The notes beneath the pieces were generated by a model. That model had not been told where the DNA came from and did no database searches. It worked only from the letters and a program-made list of their open reading frames with translations. A DNA stretch of 64,000 nt, taken from the NCBI GenBank assembly GCA_965644265.1, contig OZ286472.1, positions 54,808,001-54,872,000 on the forward strand. The letters are read 5' to 3'. The DNA comes from Glycera tridactyla (taxonomy: Eukaryota). A program made the position numbers and the translations under genes. Positions 1-13,065 of this stretch are shown in pieces (positions within the stretch are counted from its first letter, which is position 1; every line of letters starts with the position of its first letter).

Positions 1-839
1 AGTAGGGTACATTTTGAAGACTGCTAATGATCGGTCATGTTGGATTTTCATGTCAGAAATAGATGGCCAATGTGAGATGCAGCAGTGAGAGAATAAGAGC
101 CATCTAGTGGCCAAGAAGCTGACACTAGAGGACAGTACTGGATGAATGATATAATCTGCCACAAGATGGCGGCAAACAAGGAGCAATTGCATTCAGTCAA
201 GAGATTTTGGGGAGCAAATTAACTCATCAGCCATGCAGTAGATATGAACATGCCTTCAGAATATCGGTCCTGTCAATATTTCAGTTCTTTGCCAACCTAA
301 GTAAAAAGTAATAACATCCAAAACTAATCATACCTGACAGAGTGACGCTACAATCCTGCCCAGTATCAACAAATCAATAGAATTCACCCGAATAAAATTG
401 ATCCTGATTGGGAACTTGTTGATGTCCCAGTCCATGCTTTCATACATGAATCCGATTGAATAGGAATAGAATGACGATTATTCAAAATAGAATATTTCTG
501 ATCCCGGGATAATCTCCAAAGCAGTCATCCTTTCAACCTTTGGGAAACCTTATAAGCTATAATTGCAACACTTTCCAGACAGGGCTCAACTTCATTTTCC
601 AACTAGAAAGCTCAAAAATGTATTAGACCTGGGGAAAATATTCAAATGTGTAACAAGAGTGGAGTGGCGAGTCGGGAAGAGTGGGATCTAGAGATACTGA
701 CTATGTCTTAACTATCAATTAGGTCTAAGTCTACCTGAACACATACTTCACAGTCAGAAGGGTATCATGAACCAAATGAATTTAACTGTGATGAATCATG
801 ACTGATAAACATGAGTACATGGACTGAGGCTTCATGATT

Positions 840-1760
840 TTCCAATGGATGCTACCGAAAAGCGATCAATTCTTCTCACCAAAAAGCATGGAAACGCTTC
901 AACAGGCCAACTGATGATTACAAACACAGGTGTGACATCAGAGATGTTCACGGTGGCTTAACTATGGATTACACACCAATATTACGTCCTTGTGCAGGAA
1001 TTTGGAGCAGCTGCTGACATCTTAACCAATGTCAAAGATGCTGAGATTCAAGGTTGTCCTAAATGTGCTGCCTTCAATTTTAGAGCTACCTTCATTTGCT
1101 TTGTTTTAGTTTATTTGTGTGAAGCAGTGAAACCAAGGATACATGGGGTGGCCCTGCTTGCAAATACATGTATCCTGAGACTAGGGTGATCTACAAAAAT
1201 ACTGTGAAATACCCCCTATAATGCAATTCGAGCTGTCAATTTAGTCAGTGAATTTCATCAGCTCCCTTCAAAATTCTACAATTTTTTATTATCTTTAAGC
1301 ATAATGATGAACCAATCTTGTATTTTGTCACCAATTGGCTTTCAGATTATAATATCATCAAACAAAAGAAAATGGATTGCAGCCTCAACTGTCATAATCA
1401 CATATTCAATGATTGTTACCACTTGAATGTAAATAATACCACTGTGTAGATACAGCGCACACAGAGCTAAATCTCTCTGGCACATCCGCCCAAGTGATCG
1501 TGGTATGACATTCAAATACTAAGTGAATTATGTGAATATGTACAACTTAACCAAAGAGATAAGATACAGATTACTTAAATGTGTCATGCCCTCAGTTTAT
1601 CATGATCATTCTGAGGCCATTTGAACAAGGGACCCTCGGTGGTGCGGACATTGATGGTGGAGTTAATTCCCTCAAGATACAAGGAAGCTGCACAACATCA
1701 TAGTCGCAAGGCCTTGAGACTAGTGTTGGGTCGGCCACTTATCATAGTTGATGACTGGTT
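840..1760 (+). pseudogene. Possible highly decayed non-LTR retrotransposon ORF2 remnant
   Basis: Fragments YRKAINSSHQKAWKRF (~854-901), QGTLGG (1626) and IIVDD (~1741-1755) echo the EN-RT linker, QG and YxDD motifs, but in broken frames. Confidence 0.25.
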
Positions 1761-4700
1761 GAAATGAATCATATAGCCAATCAATCCTTATTAATACAAT
1801 CAAATCTGCGGTAATAATGGATGATGGTGATTTTAGTGCGATCACTACCAGAAGCTATGACTGCCACATGTAATTTCTTCTTTTGAGATCAATTATATAG
1901 ACTATGTAATTATGCTCTCCTTGCAATGGTGAAGGCTCATTGAAGAATGGAATGCATGATTGCAATGACCTTGGGTCATTTTGTAGAATGTGGAAAATTA
2001 CATAGCTCCTATGACTCTCACCTTTGACATTTGTGTACAAAATTGTGAATTCAGAATACGTTTCATAATTATGTGCATCACAATCATGAGAAGTGGGCCA
2101 GGCAATTCAAAGTATAGTGTATGTAACACTGTATGTGAGAAAAGTTGTCCAGCTTAGTAAACTCACCCATGAAAACTGTTGTATCAATATACTGTTTACA
2201 TACTATAACCAGTTTGTAATCAGTAATAAGTTGATTGGGCTCACCCAGTCATTGATTCTGAATATATAGCTGATCCCCAACACTACTCAAGACACCAAAC
2301 TCAATGCAGAAACTTGTATTGGAACCCAAACAAAGATAAAGAAACCATCAAATGAAGATATACGGTCCAAAAAGAGTCCTTCAGAGGAGTAAGAAAACTT
2401 GTGGGAACTGCCAATCGGTCTACACGAGTGAAGACACAAGGGGTGTTTGGGGGTCAGGGGAGCAAGCATTCACCCTATATCTGCTCTAATTGCTCTGTGG
2501 TGAAGTGTCTTTCTGTGGTGACCTCAGGACATGTTGTCACATTTCAGAGTCCAGTATACACTCATGAAATCTGTGAGTTGACACAGTTTCAGCAATCCAT
2601 GATTCTAGGCTTAAGGCCAGTTGGGCAAGTTTCCAAGAGTGTGCACCAATTATGAATCTAAGTGCTTTCTCTATTATTTCATGTGCCAACAACTATAAAA
2701 CTTTGGTGGAAAGTATGTGCCCTTCTGGGCACAAGGCATGGAATTTCACGTGCCTTTTAGCACATGTGTACATAGAGGGGCTATCCCTGAATGGAAATAG
2801 AAGAATTTTGTCAATCTTAATAATTTGCACACATGCTGGATGAATGCACTGACGCAATTGCCACAAGCAACCATAGCAAATGCAATCAAACATATACCAA
2901 TAACTCGTTGGAAAAGACCATTGTTTTTTGTACAGTTATCTGGTGCATGATAACAGTAACTTGCATTCTCATTACCATATTTATCTTATTCATTTCCATA
3001 ATGATAATCAATGACCTTGTTTTTAAACTGATGGCAAACAGCAGGAATTCAACTCCCCATGGTGAAATTGATTATAGAAATTGGGCATGAATGCAGAATA
3101 TAATACACAATGTGTAATAACTTGGAGAAAATGTATCACCCTATAATGATAACCTCAACAGTATTTGACTTTCTGAGGTACTATGAGCAATGCTGAACTA
3201 GGCCTGAGATCTATAGAGACTGCCACTAGGTGTAGTAAAACACTGAACCACAAAACAACTAATCCCTGTGCATGCAAGAAACCCACCAAAATATCAACTA
3301 AAACATCCATGACAGGAAGCATGGTTTAGTTGATATTTCACTCACTGTTGGTGGCCAATCACAAAAATTAATTCCAATATGCAGTTGAAATTCTTCGATA
3401 GATTTAGCAATGAGGCAAGAAGAGATACAGTATTTCCCAATTTTTCACTTGGAACTAGAAACTGGCATTTTTCATCGAAAATGTGTTTTTCAAACACTCA
3501 GAGCCGTGATGTGTGTGGTTCATACTTATTTCAACCCACATTGTGCTCAAAGACAGGATAGCAACCTCTCATTCATACAAAAATGGAAGAGAAAAATACA
3601 TACTTAAGACTCAAAATTATGGGGCTGGGGCAAAAGGACATAGGGATGGACAGGCTTGCAAATGAAGCAGCAAAGATGGTGTTATAACTGCTAAGATATT
3701 TTGTTCAATTATATGAAAAAATTGGAATCCCATTGAGAATGTTACAAGGATAATTAGGAGGAGAATAGTAGATGTAATAAGGAAATACTGACTGACGAAC
3801 ACCAACTTCTCACGAAAGTTTGTAGTCAATGAAAGATCATTGTGGTGTTTCACAGATCAACTGAAAACTTATGGTCCTCAGGAATATAGACCATGAGACC
3901 ATATCTCACACAATTCGGACAAAATTCTGGCAAAATGATTTCGCTTGGTACATTACAATCCAAATATGCCAGATTACCATCAGAATACAGTTCTTTCGCA
4001 AGTCCATGCATACTCTTGGAGTTGTGGAAAAACCACGAGTTGGAACTTGCACAGAGATTTGTCTAATCTTGATAAAAGAAGCTGCTCTTGAGCTATTCCT
4101 TTCTCACAGCCAAACACTGAAAAGGCCCAAAGGCAAATTGAATGTGAACCTAAAGTATTTGGAGATTCAAGTTGCAAAACAGCTGACTTATGAGTTCTTG
4201 AATGAATTGGCAAATGAATCACAAGATTTACAAATTCAGCCCCATACTCAAATCCGACTTGTGGGCCATTTTATGTAGGAAATCCAGAGGAAACTTCCAA
4301 AATTTCAGGTGAACCTCAAACTAAGTTTAGTGGATAGCAAAAACTGCCCAGTGAATCAGGCACAGGTTCAGCCAGAATTACCAGAAACATCAGAGAAAGA
4401 TATCTTGAGACCAAATTTTATGATTCAAAACAACAGTTCCAACCCCACCAGCATTGGACGTACGAATAGGAATTCTTCACCAAAGCCACTTTTTGACTTG
4501 TTTTTACCACAAATTCAAGGAGTCATTCATCAAAAGGTAGAATGTGGCGAAGCCACCTTGACAATGCCCCAGTGGATGTTCATATAAAAGGTTCAGGACA
4601 CACGAAGAAAAGACTCTCATGTAAAAAGATGCCAACAGAGATCGAAAAAGCTACTTGGATGGATTGGTGAAACTGTCAACACACTATGTCTACAAGTGAG

Positions 4701-7700
4701 AAATAAATGGTGAAATTGATAGAGATATGTGCTCATAAATCTTGTGTGTATATGGAACATCTTCTGTACAGCAGGACGTTGATTATAGCAGATTTCAGTA
4801 TGGATGGAAAAATGGCTGATCTGAACATGATATCCAGTTTGTGTCAGACAAGAAGGAAAATGATGGTGGTGGGAGACAAAGACTGGACAGCATAGGGAGG
4901 ATTACAAAAATCCAACTGTTCTGGGTGGGGGGGGGGCAGAATTTTTGAGATGATGTGTAAACTATTGCATTAAACTGCAATCACACCTCCTTCAGCCGAT
5001 TCAGGATCTGATGATTGACTGCCATAGCATACACCGATGGCATCCTTTACACCTCATCAAAAATTCATATCATTTTCAACTTCCCCTTAAAAACAGAATT
5101 CATGACCAATGGACAGAAAGATCTGATTAACTGGGTGGACATGGATTATGAGATGTAGATTCATATTCAGCTACCTGTGAACTGGCCAGTTGGAAAGCAT
5201 TAACAAGTAATTCTATGCAATGAACAACTAATATAAAGAAATTGGGTATGGAAGATACCACTTGACTTCTAACACAAGACTGGTTGATGGCTCCATATGG
5301 ACAAGAAATATATTTCCAGGTATATCAAGTTCTATGATCTTCAATCTTTGGGGGAAATAAAGGAATTGGGAGCAGGATAAGCGGGTATTTGGGAAGGACA
5401 ATTTAGGTGGCAGAAGCAAAAGTGTAAAGGTGAGAAGCTGCAGTAAGATGGCAAGCTGAATTGAAGGCTCATAATATCATCCAAATTTGATAGCAGAATC
5501 AGCTAAAGAAGTATTAGAGCAGCAGCAGTGACGGCTAAAAATTTATAAAATATAAAATAGAATTGAGAGCCAGAGATAAAAAGAGAGCAAACAGCAGTCA
5601 GCATGGCAACATAGAGCAGGCCCGCACTCATATCCCAGTAGCTATCTCATTGGCTGAAAGTGCAACCAATCACAAACAAGTTAACAACACTGATAATATA
5701 AAGAAATCAGTTGTGCTGCCACCTAGCACAGATCACGCCACAGGTCTACAAAGCAAAGAATCAGGTTTGTGCTGCAGTTCCGAATAAGTGACACAGGACC
5801 GAAAGAACACAGTATCTCATGTGCTCAATTTGAGTAGAAAAACCTTACTTGGTTATGAGAAAATTGTATAGACCAGTCTGATAAATGGAACCTTACAATC
5901 TTCCTACACCAAGTACTAGATGGCAAATCGACAGAATCACAATTACTGCCCTTTAATTGCAATAGGATCTACAATAAATTTGGGTGGTCAGAAGATTGAA
6001 AAATGTTTTGTTCCACCTGTGAGGAAATGAAAGTTTCATGGTGGTGACAAGCGGACAAAATTCTCTGGCAATGTCCTCTGTCTGATTGGATGTTCTACAT
6101 TGATGAGAATTTTCCTTTCATGATTTTATTAAATATTACTGCCACAGTTTGATATCTTGATCACTCATAAAAAAACCTATATCTACTCATCATGTTCATC
6201 ATATGAGAGAAGAACCCACATGAAGAAAAAAAACCTTTAATGCTGCAGATAAAATGCTGTATCTCCAAATTCTAACTAGCCATGGGATGCGTGAGAATAA
6301 TGAAATATGAAAATAATAATCCATGCACCTATTCCGGTTACCATCTGTGGCATAATTACGCCCGGACATAGTGAAACAAAAATCTAATCAACATATTCAG
6401 TTGGGTAAGGCACATGAAATTTCATTCTTCATTCATTGACTTCAACAATGCATGGCAAATGAGGCTGATCAAATCATTTAAAACATATGGAATCTCTAAA
6501 CATAATAGCACATGAAAATAATAGAATCATGAAAGAATATCCACAGAAAAGTGTCATTACCTACTAAATGAAATATAACCTTTGGAACTGCAAGCAGTCA
6601 TTCTTCTGGGATAAATCACAAAATAACATAGGGCACCCACACAGCCAGTGCATCTTTTACACAGAATCTCCTATCAGATCATAGGATTCATGCTAATTGG
6701 CAAAAACTTTAAGGTACCCCCTATCAAGCCTGTTAGAATCACATCTGAATGAAAGCTGTGGGATCACTGTACCGTACCATACTGACTAGTTCCCCTACTC
6801 TCAAAAAGCCATATTTTATCTAATAAAATAGAAAAAAATTCCTATGTTCCTAAAAAAGCCCCCTGGATAATGAGCACAACTCTCACATATTTTCATGTCC
6901 ACAATCTGTGAAAGTGATCATTAGCTAAATGAAAGATTTCACTGTAACTGGATGAGCCAAAAGAAACAGTGACATACATTCTGTGCATTTCAAATCCCTT
7001 CATTATCCTTTGACAATGCTATATTTTCAACAAATTTGCTGTTAAATGCTGTGAAAAAGCTCATGAAATATTGGTAGATAATCCCATAGTCTTGACTACA
7101 CACGGAAAAGTAAATTTCTCCTTAGATCTAGCAAAGCCCTTATTCAGTCATATGCATCATAAAGCATGATTTCTTTCTCTCATCTGGCCTCAGGAAATTT
7201 CAAGATGAACTAACAAGTATGATACCTTACAGATATCATACCCTCTATGTGATACAGCCAAACACATCAGATATGCACTCATGGGACAGTCTATTCAAAC
7301 ATCTCATGAGTACAAACTCTGACGGTATGAAACCTCACAGCAAATGGTTACAAAATATAATCATCAAAACCTACATGATGATACTGTCATGGAAATTTCC
7401 TCAACCATCAGCCTCAAAAGATTCAACGGCAGTGCCAGCCGATGGGATTTGGTGATTTTATTCGATGACCGTGGGCTCTTGCTTTTTTGTAATACTGTCA
7501 AAGATTGATGTATAAGAAGCAGAATACCATTGCACCCCATGCCACATTACTAAACTAAACCATAAACAAAGATGAAAATGCTCTTGGAAATAATATGATC
7601 TCTACTAAAGTAACATCAGACACGGTCTCTATGATTGGTGGATGGTGGTTAGTGTATGTATGCAACCTCCTGATTGGCTGATACAAACTGTATCAGTTAT

Positions 7701-7883
7701 TTGATTGGCTGATACATGAGTGATTAATGGGAGTGGTGAGAGAAGGACATTCATGATGTGTACCCTTCAGAAGGGTATTCGAGAGTACATAGTCTCAATG
7801 AAGGGAGGAAAAGGGGGTGGGGGGAGTGGTCATTGTTGGTGATAAGGGTTGTGAGGGAGTTTTGGCATGAGTTTTGGCACTAC

Positions 7884-8081
7884 CTCGAGTCGATCAGCAC
7901 GGGATACTTTAGCTGCCTGTACACCAGATCCAGCCATCACGGACATCTGCGCACTAGGTGAAACGGTCGAACCAGTATCCACCTGCTGGATCATTCCAGA
8001 CATGTTCATCGAGGCCGCGTGACCCACGCTATAAGGGTTGAAAGGGGCGGCGTTGTGCATCGAAGCAGTCAAATATGGACT
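7884..8081 (-). CDS. mbl: Muscleblind linker exon (198 nt, phase 0-0) ending in the KVSRADRLE motif that precedes ZnF3
   Basis: Translates SPYLTASMHNAAPFNPY...GVQAAKVSRADRLE; FNPY and R.DRLE match the MBNL linker (human AAAFNPY...QKLMRTDRLE). Acceptor tgtgttacag|AGT; donor GAG|gtagtg is weak. Confidence 0.87.
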
Positions 8082-8371
8082 CTGTAACACATTAAAACAT
8101 CCTCGATTATACAACATGAACACACTTATCATATATAATAATATGGCATCATAATTAACAAGAAATACTTCATCACCACTCTGTTCCACAAAAAATCACT
8201 GCACTGGTATGGATAGAAATTTGAACACTTATCAGGTTTTTGTGGTATGACTTCCTCATCTTTGTGAATACATGTACACAACCCAAAAAATTATCTTGGG
8301 CATATGAAACATATCTTGGACCTGTTGCCAATGCATCATGTCAGGGATGTGAAATTAATTGAAAAGCATAG

Positions 8372-8373
<2 letters not shown>

Positions 8374-8445
<72 letters not shown>
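8374..8445. repeat. (GT)n microsatellite, about 36 units
   Basis: Direct reading. Confidence 0.98.
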
Positions 8446-8448
<3 letters not shown>

Positions 8449-11400
8449 AGGATGATAATCTAATCATTAATTACACTTAAAGAGAATGCCAGTAGTGGTG
8501 CCAGCCTCAGCTAGAAGGGAATATTTACAGCTAATCCCATAGGGGGAACCTGACAATGGAAGAAAATGGAAAGAGGCAATCAATAGGATTACCTTGAAGC
8601 CAGAGCCAAGTGGACAGCGAGGACTTTAAATAAATCACAATTATTACACACTAAATATGATCGCCCTCAGACAAAAAGGTGACCCCAAGATACTAGATAT
8701 TGGAATGAAGTCAACCTAGACAATAGCATTATTTGGGCAAGTTGCTCAGAGGCAAGTTTCACTAACGTCACTCACTATCTGGATTTGCAGTAGAAGCAAT
8801 AAATTGAAATAAAGTTTGAATATGTGAATCGAACACATTGAATGCCCAGGGGATCAGAGCAAAATGCTCCATGCTCAAGTTGAGCACATGCAGCATAAGT
8901 TTAGGCAGGGAAAATTGCTGAGTGGCCAGCATATGGTTTGACATTGGGTAAGCTTGCAGCATGCCGATCGCGCAGGCGAGCAACCCCGCTAACATCATGC
9001 CTGATTGGTCAGGCAATAGAGTGCTGACCCGCTTCCGTAAATCACCATCACACCAATGTGAGCTGATATCAACGCCAACTTATGCCTGGTACAAATAAGC
9101 ACGGTAACCATATGAAGCAATGCTCATCTCTGCAAACTGGCTGCTGCTCAACACCTACCCACATCAGCAAAAGAATCACCAGATGTTGGAAGTCCATCTC
9201 GCCCCCCTCTTGAAACATATCAAATCACATATTGGAAAGAGACCCAACTTCATAGCACACTTTAATTGGTGCATTATCTCAAGTCCCAAGATATGTGAGT
9301 AAGTCATTTCCAGAAGTTGCCATTCGAGCTCATGGCTGAAATACTGGCTTCTCAGTATGGGTTCAGATTTCTTAGACTGTTTGGAATTCAACAACAAGTA
9401 TCAACCCAACAGATTATGCATACCATTTGTTCTTAATCTATGGAGGTTGCATGCTCTATATTCACTCTACAATGAATTGATCAACTATTTGTGCTAGATT
9501 CAACTATTTCTGTGTGTGAAATATGGTATTTCTGATAAATTCTATTCAGGTCAATAACAACTGCAGATGATCTTACTCAGAGAAACATTGATATTGTTGC
9601 TCATGAAGAACGAATCAAGAGAAGCAAGGTGAACTGACGGTAAAGCCTGGTAGCTTTGGTTGGGAGAGAGTTGGTCGTAGTAAATCAAGCTGAATAGAGC
9701 ACTGCAGCAGTCGTGATGGCTGTCCATATATCTATTGGCCATGTCTGTGTGTCAAGATAAAGTAACACACATTCGGCCCTATCTTCCGGCTGACCCCTGA
9801 ACCATTTCAGGGTCATATTATTTTTCCCATTTCAAGGAACTTCCAAAATATCATCTCCTGTATCTGAACAAGCTGAGCAGTGACCATGAGGGACTTCCCA
9901 ACCTTCACATTATGGCGTGATTGCTGTATCTTTGAGCATCTATGCTTAAATATTTGCTCTGTTTATTGCTCAAACAGGACCAGGGCTGACACACCATCCC
10001 CTGTATATATGGGGAGCTCCTGAGACGTATCTAACTTGCAGGCCAAGTGGTCTCAAAAGAATGTGGATGCATTTCTTAAGTTTCTGCCATGAATTTTCAC
10101 ACTGTGACTTTTATAATTCACTTATTTCTAAAAGTTAGAAATCAAGCCAATATATGGTTTACAGGAATATGTAGACATACTTTTGAGAATTAATAGGGTA
10201 CAAATCAATCCTAATTTTCTATAAAGTAAGGGGAGGGAGGTCTGACTATTCTTAAGGATGGAATAAGCCCATCCTGATTTGGATCAATATCCTAAGGTGA
10301 AGAGCTCGCATCAGTCATGGGTCAGTTTTTGGACTTGTGGAAAGTCTGAAATAGTATGGGAGGGAAGCAATGGAGAGTGATGGAAGGTGATGGGATATAT
10401 TCCAGTCCAGACATATAGGATTACAAGAGTAAGCCACTACCTCCTGCAATTTCATCAATTTAGACCTGATAATATTGATATAGCATGGCCACAGGAGAAA
10501 GCCTGCACACCAGGTAACCATGGTAACCTCAAATACATTCTGTTTATGTGGCCCGTGGAATGCAGGAGTTGCTGGGAAGCAGTTGCACCAGCGTGGACAG
10601 CCCCCCCCCCCCTCCACTTCTACTATCACCTCCCCCCTCCACCCCCACCCCCAACAATGACATTACGTCTTTCTTCATAAATCACCACAAGCCAGCCAAG
10701 CCTCCTGTGACTTTCTCAGTATATTATATCATTGCAAGACCTATTCTTCCCACACTAATTGGGGGAAACTCCTAGAAAATGTGCGGTGGCTGATCTACAC
10801 ACAACCAGTGCTTGATCTGAATCTTGACTTTGTGGGGACATTTGTCACACCCTTGGAACAGGGGACTCTGGCTTCGGATAGCTAAAATCAATGGCGCATA
10901 TCTTGATAATATCGTATAAGAAAATGAACAAAATGAACACTTTGTTCTGCCAATTTATAATCTTAAAGGACATACATCATAACGATGAATAACATGCAAA
11001 TTTTACTCTTCAAAATATGCATGTACTTGCCCGTCGGGCAGATTCAAGTCTAGCATCTGACTCTCTGATAATTCAACAAGCTGCATGAGAAAAGCCTTTT
11101 TCCATCATTATCATCGATATGGCTGACCAGGCCATTAAAAACCCCTTTTATTCCCATGGATTACTCGATTTACATTATTTAAGTTTGGCAGAATGTTTAT
11201 GGCCAAATACAGCCTCTACGCATGACCATCTCACATGGAAGGAGACTATTATGTAATCCAGATCAGCCTCAAAAGATCCCTTCTCAAAGTTATGTCTTTG
11301 GCATGAATTCCTACATAAGCATTGAGCACAGCATGATATATTGACCCATCAGCCTGATTGACCCATCAGAGAAAATCCAAAATTGAACTCGTTTCCAGAT

Positions 11401-12476
11401 CATAAACATGAATTGCAAGGCAGTCCCAACATCATCCTGAAGTCCAATTGAATTTGATTGGAGAAATCCGATGTTTATTGATAATATGATTGGGAATGTT
11501 ATGTTGAATTTTTCCACATCAATTTACCATTGAAATGATCCCAAAGCTCTTTGACATATAACCTCAGCATCAAGTCCTTTCACTCCTAAGGATGATTTCT
11601 ATCCCAATCTAATACTCCTAAAGATGGCACCAGGGTACATTCCATAATAATGCATGGAACAGTGAATCTATTCTTGCATCTTGCCTCCTATGTCTTTTTA
11701 AATCCTTCCTGAAAGAGTCTGGAATTGATTTAAATTGATGATGTGAGGATTGGGTACACACTCCCATGTTATTTATTCACACGTCCTGATTTTTTTCTAT
11801 GACAAGAATGACTACCGGGTTCATCTCACAACCTTCAGAATCAGGCTGCGCCTCAAGGCTACATGTCAAACTTACAAATTGGACTGAATCGCAAGCTTTT
11901 ATATGACTGAAATGGACCACTGACATGCTTGCTGGTAGAAGAGCAGACCTGAAATTGAGTTACTCGAAGAAGCCGACAGATACATGCACTTTGTTTGAAA
12001 GCCACTTGGCATGCAACCATCTCGCGTTAATCACGGACCGCTCGATTTCTGTCATAATGACTGGAAGGGGAAACAATTAACAACATGCGGCTGCGAGACT
12101 AAATGAGAAGAAGAGTATTAAGTACTTCGATTTTTGGTGCTACCAGTTCACATCAGGCGATCATGCAACACATGGCGCAGCAATAGACACAGCTTCATCT
12201 CAAATTATACATGTAAAAATCTGACATGGCGTCTGTCCACATTTACTCTCTTCTGGAAAATGCCTAGGTGTCATTGTGAGGAGATTTTGATGATTAATTG
12301 CAGTATCAATATAGGCCAAAAGATAATACACTCATGAGGTGATATTGATGCCAAAATCCATGTTCATGAAATACTAAACTTGTATCCCACTCATCCCGTC
12401 CTGAGTCGGAAGCCTGAATGATATCGTAATTAACTAACCACCAGCTATTTTGCTAACGAGAGATGTAGTAAATGTT

Positions 12477-12651
12477 CAGTGAAATCTCCGACAAGAGACC
12501 CCCGACGAGAGACCACCTCCGATGGGAGACCCTTTTCCAGGGCAGCTTTTCTATTTGACATAGTCAAATATACCTCCGATGAGAGACCACCTCTTTTGAG
12601 AGACCGCATTTTGGTGACATTTAGGGCGGTCTCTCGTCGCAGGTTTCACTG
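12477..12651. mobile_element. MITE family 1 (Tc1/mariner-pogo-like ends CAGTGAAA…TTTCACTG), orientation A
   Basis: Terminal inverted repeats, right flank TA, internal GAGAGACCACC repeats; about 88% identical over 73 bp to the reverse complement of 53329-53401 by my alignment. Confidence 0.8.
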
Positions 12652-12705
12652 TATCAAGATCACAGATTCCTGATTGTCTTTACCTCACCCTGTATGCCAT
12701 AAGTA

Positions 12706-13065
12706 CAGTCTTCGAATTCAGCACTCTCCCGAATCCCGGGGAGAGTGAATTGGATTTTGGGAGAGTGAAAGTTCCAACTCACTCTCCCGATGGGAGAGTG
12801 GGAATTCTTCAGTTGATGTGAGAGTGAAGGATTTTCTGTGAAGACAGAACACCACAATTTTGATTACACCAACAATAATCCCTAGTCCCTGTGAGTAGGC
12901 TTTGCATTTGCCTGCACATGTATGATTCTGAAGAACTAACCTAAGGAAAATATGTATTAGTGAAATTGCACAAATTCGGGAGAGTGAATTCATTTTCGGG
13001 AGAGTGATTCTCCCAATATGCTCTCCCGATGGGAGAGTGGCTGAAAAAGTTTTTTGTGAAGACTG
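12706..13065. mobile_element. MITE family 2: TA|CAGTCTTC…GAAGACTG|TA with repeated CACTCTCCC/GGGAGAGTG motifs
   Basis: 8-bp TIR, TA target-site duplication on both sides, about 9 copies of the 9-mer including palindromes cactctccc-gat-gggagagtg. Confidence 0.8.

Noticed and set aside
3871-4587. 135-aa and 92-aa plus-strand ORFs
   Set aside because: No recognisable homology or splice structure.
1-7883. ZnF3/4 or KRP-motif exons
   Set aside because: No VCRE…/CKYFHP/KRPA-like coding found; probably beyond coordinate 1.
11311-11517. WIFSDGS resembling the RNase H start motif
   Set aside because: No further RNase H residues or adjacent RT motifs.
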